A stretch of DNA of 63,842 nt, counting the filler, from Phoronis australis (Eukaryota; Animalia; Phoronida), in assembly GCA_002633005.1 (NCBI GenBank). It is 8 parts of 8 records of this genome, joined end to end, with 100 filler letters (N's around TTAATTAATTAA, not from the genome) between each part and the next. Parts side by side here need not be neighbours in the genome. Positions count along the whole stretch, not along the records: positions 37,142 to 40,277 come from NMRA01001024.1; positions 40,378 to 48,492 come from NMRA01001935.1; positions 48,593 to 56,149 come from NMRA01002008.1; 5 more parts are not named here. One strand, written 5' to 3'. Positions 37,142-49,364 of the stretch are shown one piece after another (position 1 is the stretch's first letter; every line of letters starts with the position of its first letter). Position numbers and translations under genes: made by a program. The notes beneath the pieces were generated by a model that was not told where the DNA came from, did not search any database, and saw nothing but the letters and a program-made list of their open reading frames with translations.

Positions 37142-40100
37142 CGAACCCTAACCCTAACCCTAACCCTAACCCTAACCCTCACCTTCACCCTAACACTAAC
37201 CCTAACCCTAACCCTAACAAAAACCCTAAACATAACCTTAGCAATAGCCTTAACCCTAACAATAAACCTAACCCTAGCCCTAACGGTAACCCTAATCCTA
37301 ACCCTAACCCTCACACAAACCTTAACCCTAAACATAACCTAACTCCGCATCCCTAACTCTAACCCTAACCCTAATCCTAACCCTAACCCTAAAACTAACC
37401 CTAACTTAAAATTAACCCTTAACCTAACCCAAACCCTAAACATATCCCTAACCCTAACCCTAACCCTAACCTTAACCCTAACCATAACCCTAACCCTTAC
37501 TCTAACCCTAAGCATAACCCTAACCCAGCATCCCTAACCCAAACCCTAACCCTAACCCTTGACCTAACCCTAACCCTAACAATAACCCTAAACCTTACCC
37601 TAACTCTAACCGTAAACCTAGTCCGAACACTTAATCTAACCCTAACCCTAAAATTAATTCTAAATATAACACTAACCCTGCATCCCTAACCCTAACCCTA
37701 ACCGTAACCTTAACCTAACCCTAACCTTAACAATAACCCTAACAATTACCCTAACCCTAACCCTAACCCAAACCCTAACATTAACCCAACCACAAATCTA
37801 ACAATATCCCTAACCCTAACACTATACCTAACACTAACCCTAACCCTATACCTAACAATAACCATAACTCTAGCCCTAACCCTTACCCTAACCTTAACCC
37901 TATCCCCAACCCTATACTTGAATTAACCTAAATCTAACGGTATACCTAACCCTAAACTTAACCCCAACCATATCCGTAACCATAACCCTAAAACAAACTC
38001 GAACCATAGACATAATCCGTACAAGACACCGAACCATTACCCTAACATCCCTAACACTAAACCTAACATTCCTAACCCTGACAGTAACACTAATTATAAC
38101 CTAACCTCAAACCTAACACTAACTCTCATCCTAACTCTAAGACTAACCCTAATCCTAAGCTTAACCCTAAACCTAACCTTACCCTAAACCTAACCCCAAC
38201 CCCAACACCAACCCTAACACTTACACGAACCATAACCCTAACCCTAAGCCTAGCCCTAACCCCAACCCCAACCCCAACCCCAACCCTAACACCAACCCTT
38301 ACCCTAATCCTAACCCTAAACCTAACCCTAACCCTAGTCCTAACCCTAGTCCTAACCCTAAACCTAACATTAACCCTAACCCTAACCCTAAACCTAACCC
38401 TAACCCTAAACCTAACCCTAACCCTAAACCTAACCCTAACAATAAACCTTAAACCTTACTCTAACCCTAAACCTACCGATAAACCTAACCCAAACCCTAG
38501 CCCTAACCCTATCGATAACCCTAATCCTAACTCTAACCCTAACCCTAACACTAACCCTAAACATAACCCTAACTCTGACCCTAACCCTAACCCTAAAACT
38601 AAACCTATTAATAACCCTAACCCTAACGATAACCCTAATCCTAACCCTAACCATAACCCTAAACCTAACCCTAACCCTAAACCTATTCCTAACCCTAACC
38701 CTAACCCTAAAACTAACCTTGACCCTAACCCTAAAATTAACCCTAACCCTAAACCTATCCCTAACACTAACCCTAACCCTAACACTAAACCTAACCCTAA
38801 CACTAACACTAACACTAACCCTAACACTAACAAAAACCCTAAACCTAACCTTAGAAATAGCCTTAACCCTAACAATAAACCTAACCCTAGCCCTAACGCT
38901 AACCCTAATCCTAAACCTAAACCTAACACTCACACAAACCTTAACACTAAACATAACCTAACCCCGCATCCCTAACCCTAACCCTAACCCTAATACTAAC
39001 CCTAACCCTAATCCTAACCCTAACTTAACTCAAACCCTTAACCTAACCCGAACCCTAAACACATCCCTAACCCTAACCCTAACCCTAACCTTAACCCTAA
39101 CCCTAACCGTAATCCTTACCCTAACCCTAACCCTAACCCTAACCCAGCATCCCTAACCCAAACCCTAACACTAACCCTAACCCTTACCCTAAAGCTAACA
39201 ATAAACCTAACCCTTACCCTAATCCTAACCCTAACAATAACCCTAACCCAAACCCTCACCCTAAACCTAGACCGAACCCTAAATCTAACCCTAACCTTAA
39301 TTCTAAACATAACATTAACCCTGCATCCCTAACCCTAACCCCAACCCTAACCCTTACATTAACCCTAACCCTACCCCTAACCCTAAACCTAGCCCTATTC
39401 CTAACCCCAACCCCAACCCCAACCCTAACCCCAACCCTTACCTAATCCTAACACTAACCCTAAACCTAGCCCTAACCCTAACCCTAACACTAAACCTAAC
39501 CCTAACACTAAACCTAACCCTAACCCTAACCCTAACCCTAAACCTAACCTTAACCCGAAACCTAAACCTAACCCTAACCCTAACCGTTACCCTCACCTCA
39601 CCCTAACACTAAACCTAACCCTAAGCCTAACCCTAACCTTAACCCTATCCCAAACACAAATCTAACGATATCCCTAACCCTAACCCTATACCTAACAGTA
39701 ACCCTAACCCTATACCTAACACTAACCATAACACTAACCCTGGCCCTTACTCTAACCCTAACACTAACCCTAACCCTATCTCTAACCATAACCCTAAAAC
39801 AAACTCTAACCATAGCCATAATCCGAACAAGAACCCGAACCATTACCCTAACATCCCTAACACTAATCCTAACATTCCTAACAATGACAGTAACACTAAT
39901 CCTAACCCTAACCCCAAACCTAACCCTAACTCTTATCCTAACTCTAAGACTAACCCTAATACTAAGCTTAACCCTAAACCAAACCCTAACCCTAACCCCA
40001 ACCCTTACCCTAATCCTAACCCTAAACCTAAACCTAACCCTAAAGATAAACTTAAACCTAACCCTAAACATAACCCTAAACCTAACCCTAAATTTAACCC

Positions 40101-40277
40101 TCACAATAAACTTTAACCCTTACCCTAAACCTAAACCTAAACCTAACCTTAAACCTAATGCTCAACCTAACCCTAACCCTAACCCGAACCCTAACCCTAA
40201 CCCAAACCCTAACCCTAACCCAAACCCTAACCGTAACCCTAATCCTAACCTTAACCCTAGTCCTAACCCTAACCCTA
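37142..40277 (-). repeat. Degenerate telomere-like (TTAGGG)n array (TAACCC on +) filling a whole contig
   Basis: Hundreds of TAACCC and variant hexamers (TAAACC, TAACAC, TAATCC, TAGCCC). The ORFs here are VR/GL/LT/NP dipeptide artefacts. Confidence 0.92.
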
Positions 40278-40377
40278 NNNNNNNNNNNNNNNNNNNNNNN
40301 NNNNNNNNNNNNNNNNNNNNNTTAATTAATTAANNNNNNNNNNNNNNNNNNNNNNNNNNNNNNNNNNNNNNNNNNNN

Positions 40378-40990
40378 GCGCGAATAAGGCACATGGTGGA
40401 TGGTGGACATGACACATTCATACGCCACACTCTTGTTCATGGAGCTAAGAAACTTTCAACTGAAGTCGTATTTCTTCTATTTTCTCGTTTTTGGGATAGG
40501 CCTATTGAATTCACGGTTGTGATACGCATTGATACGTGTATAAAGACAGGTTTAATGACGCTGACAATGTAGTCACTTGTCAAACAAAGTTCATGGTGGT
40601 TTTAAGCACTTTAACTGCATTTCTAGAATTTTGTTGACACTCCTACTTACCGCATCAATACAAAAATTGTTAAGTGGGATGTTAACAGTTCTATCACATG
40701 TCATTTTTTCATTGTCGTAAATACTCTCATTGTCTAGAGTCATCTCTTAATTTATTTCATCTGTCTTAGTTAATTTTTTACCATTATTTGTCATTTAGTT
40801 ATTGTCTTAATTCTCAACCTTAACTGTTTTAATTGTATCTTTGTTACGTATATTTCATTGTTGTTTTATTACTTCATTGTATTATATTACTGTTTTTCTT
40901 GTTGAGGGCCCTCTTGGAAAGCAGTGCTGTCACTGAAGAGGCCACCCTCATTTTAAATATCACAATAATAAAATAAATAAAAAATAATTT
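40378..40990 (+). mobile_element. Probable 3' end of a CR1/L2-type LINE
   Basis: A T-rich 3' UTR ends in a GAGGG...CCCTC stem-loop (40904-40949) followed by an (AATA)n tail. The upstream peptide TLVHGAKKLSTEVVFLLF weakly resembles a CR1 ORF2 C-terminus. Confidence 0.4.
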
Positions 40991-42699
40991 ACCTATGCCT
41001 AACAGAAACGGCGACCTAGTCCAAAACAATATCAAAAGATCATTTGCAAATCAGATTTGGCAGGGTTGGCCAAACGTGCCAAAACTAATTCCGGATGACA
41101 TACTATTCTTTTTAACTGCCAAACCCCTACATGGTATATTGTTTGGCCATGGCGATCATTTTGCTTATCGCTGGTTATATGCCTAGGCTACGTCACCTAG
41201 TAACATGCGTTCGTACTTTAGTATAATCTGGTGCGGTGTATGAATGTGTCCCTTGATGCTAGTTAATGTGTAAATTTTTGCACACAACATGAAGGTGATG
41301 GTTAGTTGAAAGGGGTAAAAATCTGCATCAAACAACATTAAAGTCAATAACGTGTTTGAATACAAAGAGAAGATCCTCAAAATTTCACCGTCCAACAAGA
41401 ATCGCCAAACATATTGAGTAAGCTTAGACAAACACAGAATGGCAAGTTATATTGTGCGACATTACCGAAGGCAATTTATAACCTCCATTCTATTACTACA
41501 GTTGGTGAGACTGGATATTTACATATAGCTAGCCTGCTTTTATAAACAGGGTGTCCCAAAATTTACTCGCAATTCCTTGTACAACACTGGGAGTTCAAAT
41601 TCGCTTCCCGTTGATCAGACACTAGGTTCATGAGCCTTCACGTGATTTGCATGAACGGCATGGCAAGCACACAACTCACTGTTGAGAGCGAAAAATTACC
41701 TCACAGTTGCTTAAGTGCTACTGGGAATTGGTTGCAATAAATATTCCCTCAGGCATTGACAGACACACGTGTAATCGGTGAGTGAAACTGCATTTGACGA
41801 CCTTGACGACCTTTCATGACATTGGGTGTCCGCCCCAGCACTTCCATCGGCTTCTTGTAAAGAAAGCTGGCCACGGTCCACTTCAAATGAAGTGGGTACT
41901 ACACAATGGTAAATGGAGCTCCAGATTTGCTCATGACATGAAAGTGTTCTTGACGGAAAGTTTGCAGGTAGACATAGAAGCTGGTGTCAAGTGTACCCCT
42001 GCTGTCTTGGCTAAAGAGATGAGATTAGCGAAGAATGGCCAGAAAAGCGTTTTAAATGAGATGCCTGGCTAGAAGATGTCCAGACCATTGGCTTATTTTC
42101 TCGCATGGCTGCCTGCTCTAAAGCTGGGTGCGGCATGGAGACTCGCAAATGGTGGAGAGAGAAATCTATTACATGAAGTTCTGGAAGATCTGGGTGTGTT
42201 CTACTAGGAAGTTCTGTCAACACCTTTTCTGTTGGTTGATTGTCGAGGTATAAAGATCCGTAAATCTTTCTTGATGCCGCATATTAATACCTTTTGATTT
42301 GTCAAGTACTTTATTACATGAGTTTATTCTTCTATGAAAGAAGGAATAAAAGACAAACTATTTGAAGTTTCAGGGCCCTTGATCCCTCGAAATTGGGACC
42401 TCGAATATCGGCCCCATTCCCCTCTCAAAAATATTTAAAAATCACGCAAAATTTCCCTCATCAGGTCAAAAAATTAGCCTCTGAACAATCAAAAAATCCC
42501 TTCATGGCTTAAACCTCAGATAATTTTAAAAATATCGTATCCAAACCCACTGTCTTTAATCACGAGGCCGCCAGACACCGGAAACGTCACAAACTGGTTT
42601 CCCTATAATGCAAGTGACACTTACAAGAGTGCTAGAACCAGTTGTTGCATTATTTCGCTCCTTTGTATTGAAAACACAAAACTGAAAGCGCTCGGAGGA

Positions 42700-44250
42700 C
42701 TGAAAAGAATATTGAATTCTAAATGGCAATGAAGATGATGATGACAATAATGATGGTAATTTTGGTGATGATGAACATGATTTTAACAATCATATGATGA
42801 ATAAAGATGTCAGAAATGAGTAAGAAATACAGTCTTGTTCAATAGAATGTAAACCAACAAAAGTGCAGTAAAAATTAGTCCACAAAGTAACAACGTCATA
42901 ACAATTGCAAAAGAAGTCCTAGCGAAAAAGAGAAAACGTATTCTGAAAGCCTTTTCAAAATTCTATATCAAATTTTGCATTTTTTAAAATTGAAAGTCAA
43001 ATAACTTAACAAATCAGAAAGTCTGATACAAATTCTTATTGTTCATTTGAAATAATAGACCTTGAAGAATCCACATGCAAAACTTCAAGTCATTTGCTAT
43101 TCCTGTTTAAAACAAAACTCCAGCACTATTAAAAAGTGATAAAAATGTGTCCACTCCGCCATTTTGAAAACAGCTTCCGGTTAAGTAGAGTTGATAACAG
43201 CTACTCACAGGAAACTAACACTTAAAAAATTTCGAAGCAATTGGTTCTACATTGCGTCCTCTACAGGACAAAACGTGTCTGTCCTGAAATCAAGGTGCCT
43301 AAACACAATGGCCAATGTTTTCGCAATCTTTGACAGGAAGTTCACACTTTATGGAAAATGTGTAGTACACATCGGCTGTAATATTCGTACGGATTTTCAG
43401 CCGTTTACGTAAAAACATGCGGCCTCAATGAGTATTTGAATCTGAATTCGAAAACAAAATGGCCGCCGCATTCGACATATTGAATCTGTTCATGACGAAA
43501 AATAACAGGTTTTGAGTTATTCCAGAGCTCTATGTTGCGTGTGAATTTCTTGCAAATTGGACGAAAAAATGCGACCTATAGACTGATAACAAACAAAAAA
43601 TGGAAGCGCTTGGAGGAGCAAAACTTTTTAAAATTGTCTTCAAAGACTACGATACGAAAACGAACACAATTTCCAAGTTCGTGCCATGACCGACAACGTA
43701 CGCAATAAACTGAGGCCACCGTAGCAGTCGACGCAAGACAGTCCAAATTAATCCTACAGTTCTAAAGGGCGACACACGGTATTTCAAAAAATGATAAATA
43801 GCAATGGAGATGATGATGACAATGATGGTGGCGATGATGAACATGATGTTAACATTGACGAATGAAGATGTTAGAAATGAGTAAGAAACATATACGTCTT
43901 GTTCAAAAGAAAGTAAACGAACAAAAGTGCAGCAAAATCAACCAATAAAGGAACAGCGGCATCAGAAAATCCCGAAAAACTCGAAAAAGAGACGTTCTAG
44001 CGCAAAATGGAAAACATCATGTGTTGAAAGACAGATCACAACTCTATCTAACGAATTAGTTTCACAAAATTCCACAAAACTTTCGTAAAACTTCAAATTT
44101 GAAAGTTTTTAAATTGAAAGTGAAATAGCTGAAAAACAGTAATCAAGAGAAAAATTGTTACAGTTCGTTTGAAAGAGTATACCTTAAAGAACCCACATGC
44201 AAAAATTCACGTCCTTGGATCTTCCTTTTCAAAATAACACTCGGCACCAT
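42700..44250. repeat. Two diverged copies of a ~450-bp repeat unit
   Basis: GCAATG..GATGATGATGACAAT..AAGATGT(C/T)AGAAATGAGTAAGAAA..AAAAGTGCAG..CCACATGCAAAA occurs at ~42725-43085 and ~43800-44205. Confidence 0.65.
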
Positions 44251-44261
44251 AGACCTCTTAA

Positions 44262-45954
44262 AGGAGCATGCCACCCAAAACAACCTAATTTGTATCAATT
44301 TTTAGGTCGTGTAGTTCTACTCCATAACGGCACGTACGGTTGCGTTACCTGATACCTGACGGCAGACGGAGGTGTTGAAATTATCCAGTGACGTAATTGG
44401 TTTCACACGCAGTCTGTTCAGCAGTTCACATCACGGGTTACTGGTGTCAGCTTATCGCTTGAATTCATCGTTTAACACCAATAAATTATCAAACTTCGAT
44501 GTAAAGCCCTTAAAAATACACCCAGTTCTTATAAAAACGTGTTATTTTATTTCGCTGTTACGGATTTATTGATATTTGGACACACCGTAGCATCCAAAGT
44601 TCGGCAGTCCACTAAAAGGTCCGTATCAGGAGTTTGGGGTCTGTTCGGAGATAAATTCGAAGTATTTTCCGTGAGATACGGACAGGAGAACCCAGATCTT
44701 TGTTGTTTAGACTTGTGATTTTTTTTAGTTCTAAACACATAAAACGATTGTTATCCTGGCCAGTGGCTCGGAGCCCGATCAGGCCCGTCGCGGCCGGCCG
44801 GATTGACTCGTTATCCCGACCAGTGGCTCGGAAACTGATCAGATATGAAGAACATAAACCAGCCAAAGTTGGAAACTCAACTTCCATTCAAGAAAATACT
44901 ATACTAATGAGCCAAAGTAATGCGCACGTGATTATGTTGGTGAATTACCCACGAAACTGCAAATCTACTTACTCGTCGGAAGCCACGAATTTAGGTTCTG
45001 CTTTGGCCACAGCATCGTCAGGGCAGAAGTTGTACATTGACAATCATTATTTTAATAATGTACGAAATGTAAATAACGATTCCCCTAAAACCTGGCCGTG
45101 GGATGGAAACCGAGTTGTTTCACAACAGTTTCTGCCAGCAAACACTAACTTAGCATGAGCTCACACGGCCTCGGTGTCCCGTCAATCAGTTTTATTGCAC
45201 CTAAAGCCGGTAACGCAGTGATTTATTCATTGCTGGCTTCTCAAATCATTTGCACTCACGAACACTACAAAGGCATTACAAATTGCATCTAATGAAGCAG
45301 ACTTTGTTTCAGTTTTATATAAGTATTGGTTAGGGTGAGAATAATTCATTTTGAAACAGAACGCTCTGCAATAAACATCAACATGCAACTCGCAATTCCG
45401 ACTTAGACGTGAGCTCATCAGTCGATCCCTGAGAAGACTGCGCAGGTGGATCGTTAAGTTTCACAAGCTATCAATTCGAACAGGAATACAGCGAGGAAGA
45501 AATACCAGAGAGGCGCCGTGAACAAGCTCAGACAACGGAACGTATGGAATGGATAGTTATTAGGCAAGCCGCCATTCGTCAGGCACTGTCGACGACTGCA
45601 GGCTACAGACGCGGAGATGTTTCACAGCCGCATACTTGCTATTTACAGCGTATTTTTCATTCTTCACTACCACGAGCCAATTCCTAAGCATTTCGGTCTC
45701 TCGAAGAATTCGAAAAAAACGATATACCCACTTTCCTCGCAGCTGTATAGTTCGGACAAGCGGGAACTATGCACCGCAACATAGCGGCATTCACACTGCA
45801 TATGAACCACTGACGTCGCTAGCGTAGTTTCTCACCTTCCTCACAGGTTAACGCGACACCTCTTGGCAAGGTAAAGTCTACCGTATGCGAGGCGATGTGG
45901 ATACAGACCAATTAAGATGGCAAAAAGACTAATCAAATCGGGTGGCATTCTCCT
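44262..45954. mobile_element. Kolobok-like non-autonomous DNA transposon (~1.7 kb)
   Basis: TIR AGGAGCATGCCACCC pairs with GGGTGGCATTCTCCT (1 mismatch). TTAA TSDs lie at 44258-44261 and 45955-45958. The 5'-RR termini with TTAA fit Kolobok rather than piggyBac (CC termini). Confidence 0.72.
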
Positions 45955-46021
45955 TTAATAGCACAGACCGGGCGCACGCCCTACTGCAGCTGACAACTTG
46001 ACGCCATATTGGAGTGTATTA

Positions 46022-48492
46022 AAGTAAGTAAGTAAGTAATTTTGTTTTATTATAGTGACATGTGTTCAAATGAATTTAAACAATGAATACATGTACGCTA
46101 CAAAGACTAGGAACACCCAGCCCTCCACGGGGCTTATAAGTCACTTTAGATACATGATACAAAAAAAGAAAATACAAGTGTACACGCATTACAAGAGGAC
46201 CAGAAAGAGAAGGCCGAGATAAAAGTGATCATAAATAAATATAATTTTTCCTTACTTCAAAAACATTTTCGATGAAAACTGAAGTTTTTCTACTAACATC
46301 TTTTTGCATGATTGTAGTTAATTTACTTTCACAGCTTTCTGCACGGAATCGTGGATATTTAATCTCAACTTGACAATAAAAGGTGTTTCTGGCATCTAAG
46401 AAAAATGGACACTCAAACAGAAAATGTAGTTAAATTTCGACCTGACCAGTGTGACAAAGACAGCAAATTCTGTCATCGAAATCCAGAGAACAAAAACGCC
46501 CAACCTCAACCAATAGCTGTAGGGTTCCTGTTCTAATTTGAGCAAGAATTGACCTACTAGGCCGAGTTAAGTCTAAATGCACGTAAGGCTCAACTTCAAA
46601 GACATTCTTCATCAAAACATAGGTTCTTAACTTTGGTTTCGAACGGCTTTCAAACAACCACCTATTACAGGCTAAATCATGCAAAATATTCTTACAGTGA
46701 GACAGATTAACTGAACGTAAGTCATGAAAACAATCCGAAATCCCCAATTCTTCAAAAATGCTCAAGACTTCAGACGACCAATTATTAGTACAGGTAGTGT
46801 ACATGTAGTCCCACCAAAATATTCATCCTCGAAATTAATAGTACGATTCCACATTCTCTAAAGTTCAGTTTTCCGCCTAACATTGGGGAATTCCCACCCC
46901 ATGTCACCCATAACAGCATGATTAGGAGTGAATTTGTGAATCGCGCGGCTCTATTCTGAATGACATCATAATCCTGTAGACTAGAGCCGCCCCAGACACC
47001 TACGCAATAATCTCTAACAGGCACAACACAAGCATTGAATAATGTAGTGAACTTTCTGTACCTCATATTTTTATTCTTTTTAAATTTATTAATTAAAGCG
47101 CCCAAAGCTCTTCCGGCAGATTCGGATAGANTATATTCAATAAACCCTGTAAATTTTCTTCGCTCTCGGCAATTACCACTATATCATCAGCATAAAACAA
47201 AGATGAAACTTTATCAGCACCGATAGGAATTCCTAAATTTGACTGTTTTAATTCCTTTGCCAAATCATTTATAAATAGTGCAAACAGAGTAGGTGATAAA
47301 ACATCTCCCTGTTTCACCCCACAAGATGTATAAAACCAGTCCGTAAAGGTATTATTAATCTTAACACAGGATTGAGTTTTCGCATAAATATTTTCAACTG
47401 ATTCATAAAATTTTCCAACTATCATAAGATCCAACAATTTAAAAAGTAAACTATTTCTAACTACCCAGTCAAAAGCGTTTTGCATATCAATAAAAGTAGC
47501 AAATGTGGATTGTTTGTTATTCAAGTGATTACGTATAATCGAGGTCAAAACAAAGACGTGATCAACAAATGCTCTGTCACGACGAAAGCCATTTTGCTCA
47601 TCAACAAGGAGCCAGTTTTCTTCCGCGTACTGAACCAGTCTATTGTTCAATACACTACTATACAACTTGTATACGTTAGACAACAAGCTGATACCTCTAT
47701 AACTCAGCAGGACGCGCGGGTCCTTCTCTGACCCCTTTGGAATAGGCATAATAACTAATTTAGCCCATAAACTAGGAACCATACCGTAACGAAAAACCAT
47801 TTGGAACAAATAAATCAAAAGGTCAATAGCGTTATCATTTTTACTTACTTCATAGCAAATATGATCAATTCCTACTGCTTTATTGTATTTAGATTTCATC
47901 ACTACCCGCTTTACTTCATCGCGAGTAATATTTTTATTCAAAATACTATTTTCATCAAAGTTAAGGTTATTGAACGACTCAAGATGAGCTTTTTGGAGAA
48001 GCATATCAGCATAAAATCCCCGGTCAAACTTATTTACAGTTGGACCATTGTATAACGATTCATACTCGTTCTTCCATTTATTAAAAACATATTGGTTATT
48101 GGTATTAGGGTTTCCAGTGTCATCGTATACCTCCATGGGTATTGTCTTTCTAAAAGAGAGGTCCAAGTTCTTAATGTACTTCCAAAATTCTGTTGGGTTA
48201 TTGAAATTTAAAGATTCTATGAGGTCAGCTTGATCTCTCAAAAATTTTGTTTCGATCCTCCTGTGGACTTTATCCAATAGAACCTGGGCATTTTGACATT
48301 GGCGTCTCAGTAAATAGCGTTCTTCTCGAGAGCCGCTGCATTTCATTTTTTTTCCTTTAAACTTACATCTTTCCAAAGCTCGGACAATTCAGCACACCAA
48401 TAGGGTTTGCTTGATCTAAATCTCCTTTTCACCTTCTTTGAGTTAGAACAAAATAATTTTCTGTCCATCTCATCAAATATACACTTACAAAA
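46022..48492 (-). mobile_element. Decayed non-LTR retrotransposon (LINE, CR1/L2-group-like) with reverse transcriptase; 5' end cut by the contig boundary
   Basis: ORF 47093-48376 contains the RT motifs KAVGID, YRGISLL, EQNGFR, FIDMQNAFD, GVKQGDVLSPTLF and LFYADD. Frameshifted downstream pieces include RICCLC..EI..HFLFECP (CCHC-type). The 3' end has AATAAA plus a (TTAC)n tail at ~46022-46053. Confidence 0.92.
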
Positions 48493-49364
48493 NNNNNNNN
48501 NNNNNNNNNNNNNNNNNNNNNNNNNNNNNNNNNNNNTTAATTAATTAANNNNNNNNNNNNNNNNNNNNNNNNNNNNNNNNNNNNNNNNNNNNGACTCACA
48601 CTTTGATGCCATTGCACACGGTGCAATTTTTCGTCGCTAGTAACAAATCGTATCGTATAAATTTTGTATGGTGCGTGCCGTTGCAATAGCTAAGCGGCAT
48701 GTAGGCATTGCCTGAACTATGGGCTGGTGACGATTTTAATTGTATTCCACAGAACAATTCTCTCTCCATCTAACAAAAATTGTACATGGATTATCAAATT
48801 GGGACTTCTTGGTGACCTTCTGTTCATTTCTGACTTTATTGAAAATTATAACCAAAAACAAAATACAGTGAGTTTTTTTTTCGATCTGTGGAGAAACTAA
48901 ATGTCCCGGCTCCAGCTGAGGCGGAGTGTCCGAGGTGCCCGTAAGCGATTCGTTAACAAAAAGAGTATTTAACCCCGAGATGTAACTGACCAATCATCAT
49001 GTGTGACATGACTAAATAGTGCACAACGGAAAGAGACATACTGTTACCTCTTCCGGTTGTCACTCCTGAAAATGATAGAATTAAACTAAGCATGTCTTGG
49101 AAATACAACTCTTGAAGATTTTTCGTTATGTTGCATAATCTTATCCCGTCACGTGAATTAATCACCTTCCGACAGTTTACACCTATACAAACCAAAAAAG
49201 CAAAAATTTAGAAAACAAATCATGCGGGATCCCTGCAGTCTATCAGTCTTGGTTTTATTTGGGTTCAAAAATTTCAGAATTAAGTTGAGTTGTTCCATTG
49301 CAGAGGTCCCACAGCCAGTTAATATCTTGACATTATCTGTTATGTCGGCAGTGAAATGAATACG

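Noticed and set aside
37090-40333. Long VR-, GL-, LT- and NP-repeat ORFs
   Set aside because: They are translation artefacts of the stop-poor telomeric hexamer, with no evidence of coding.
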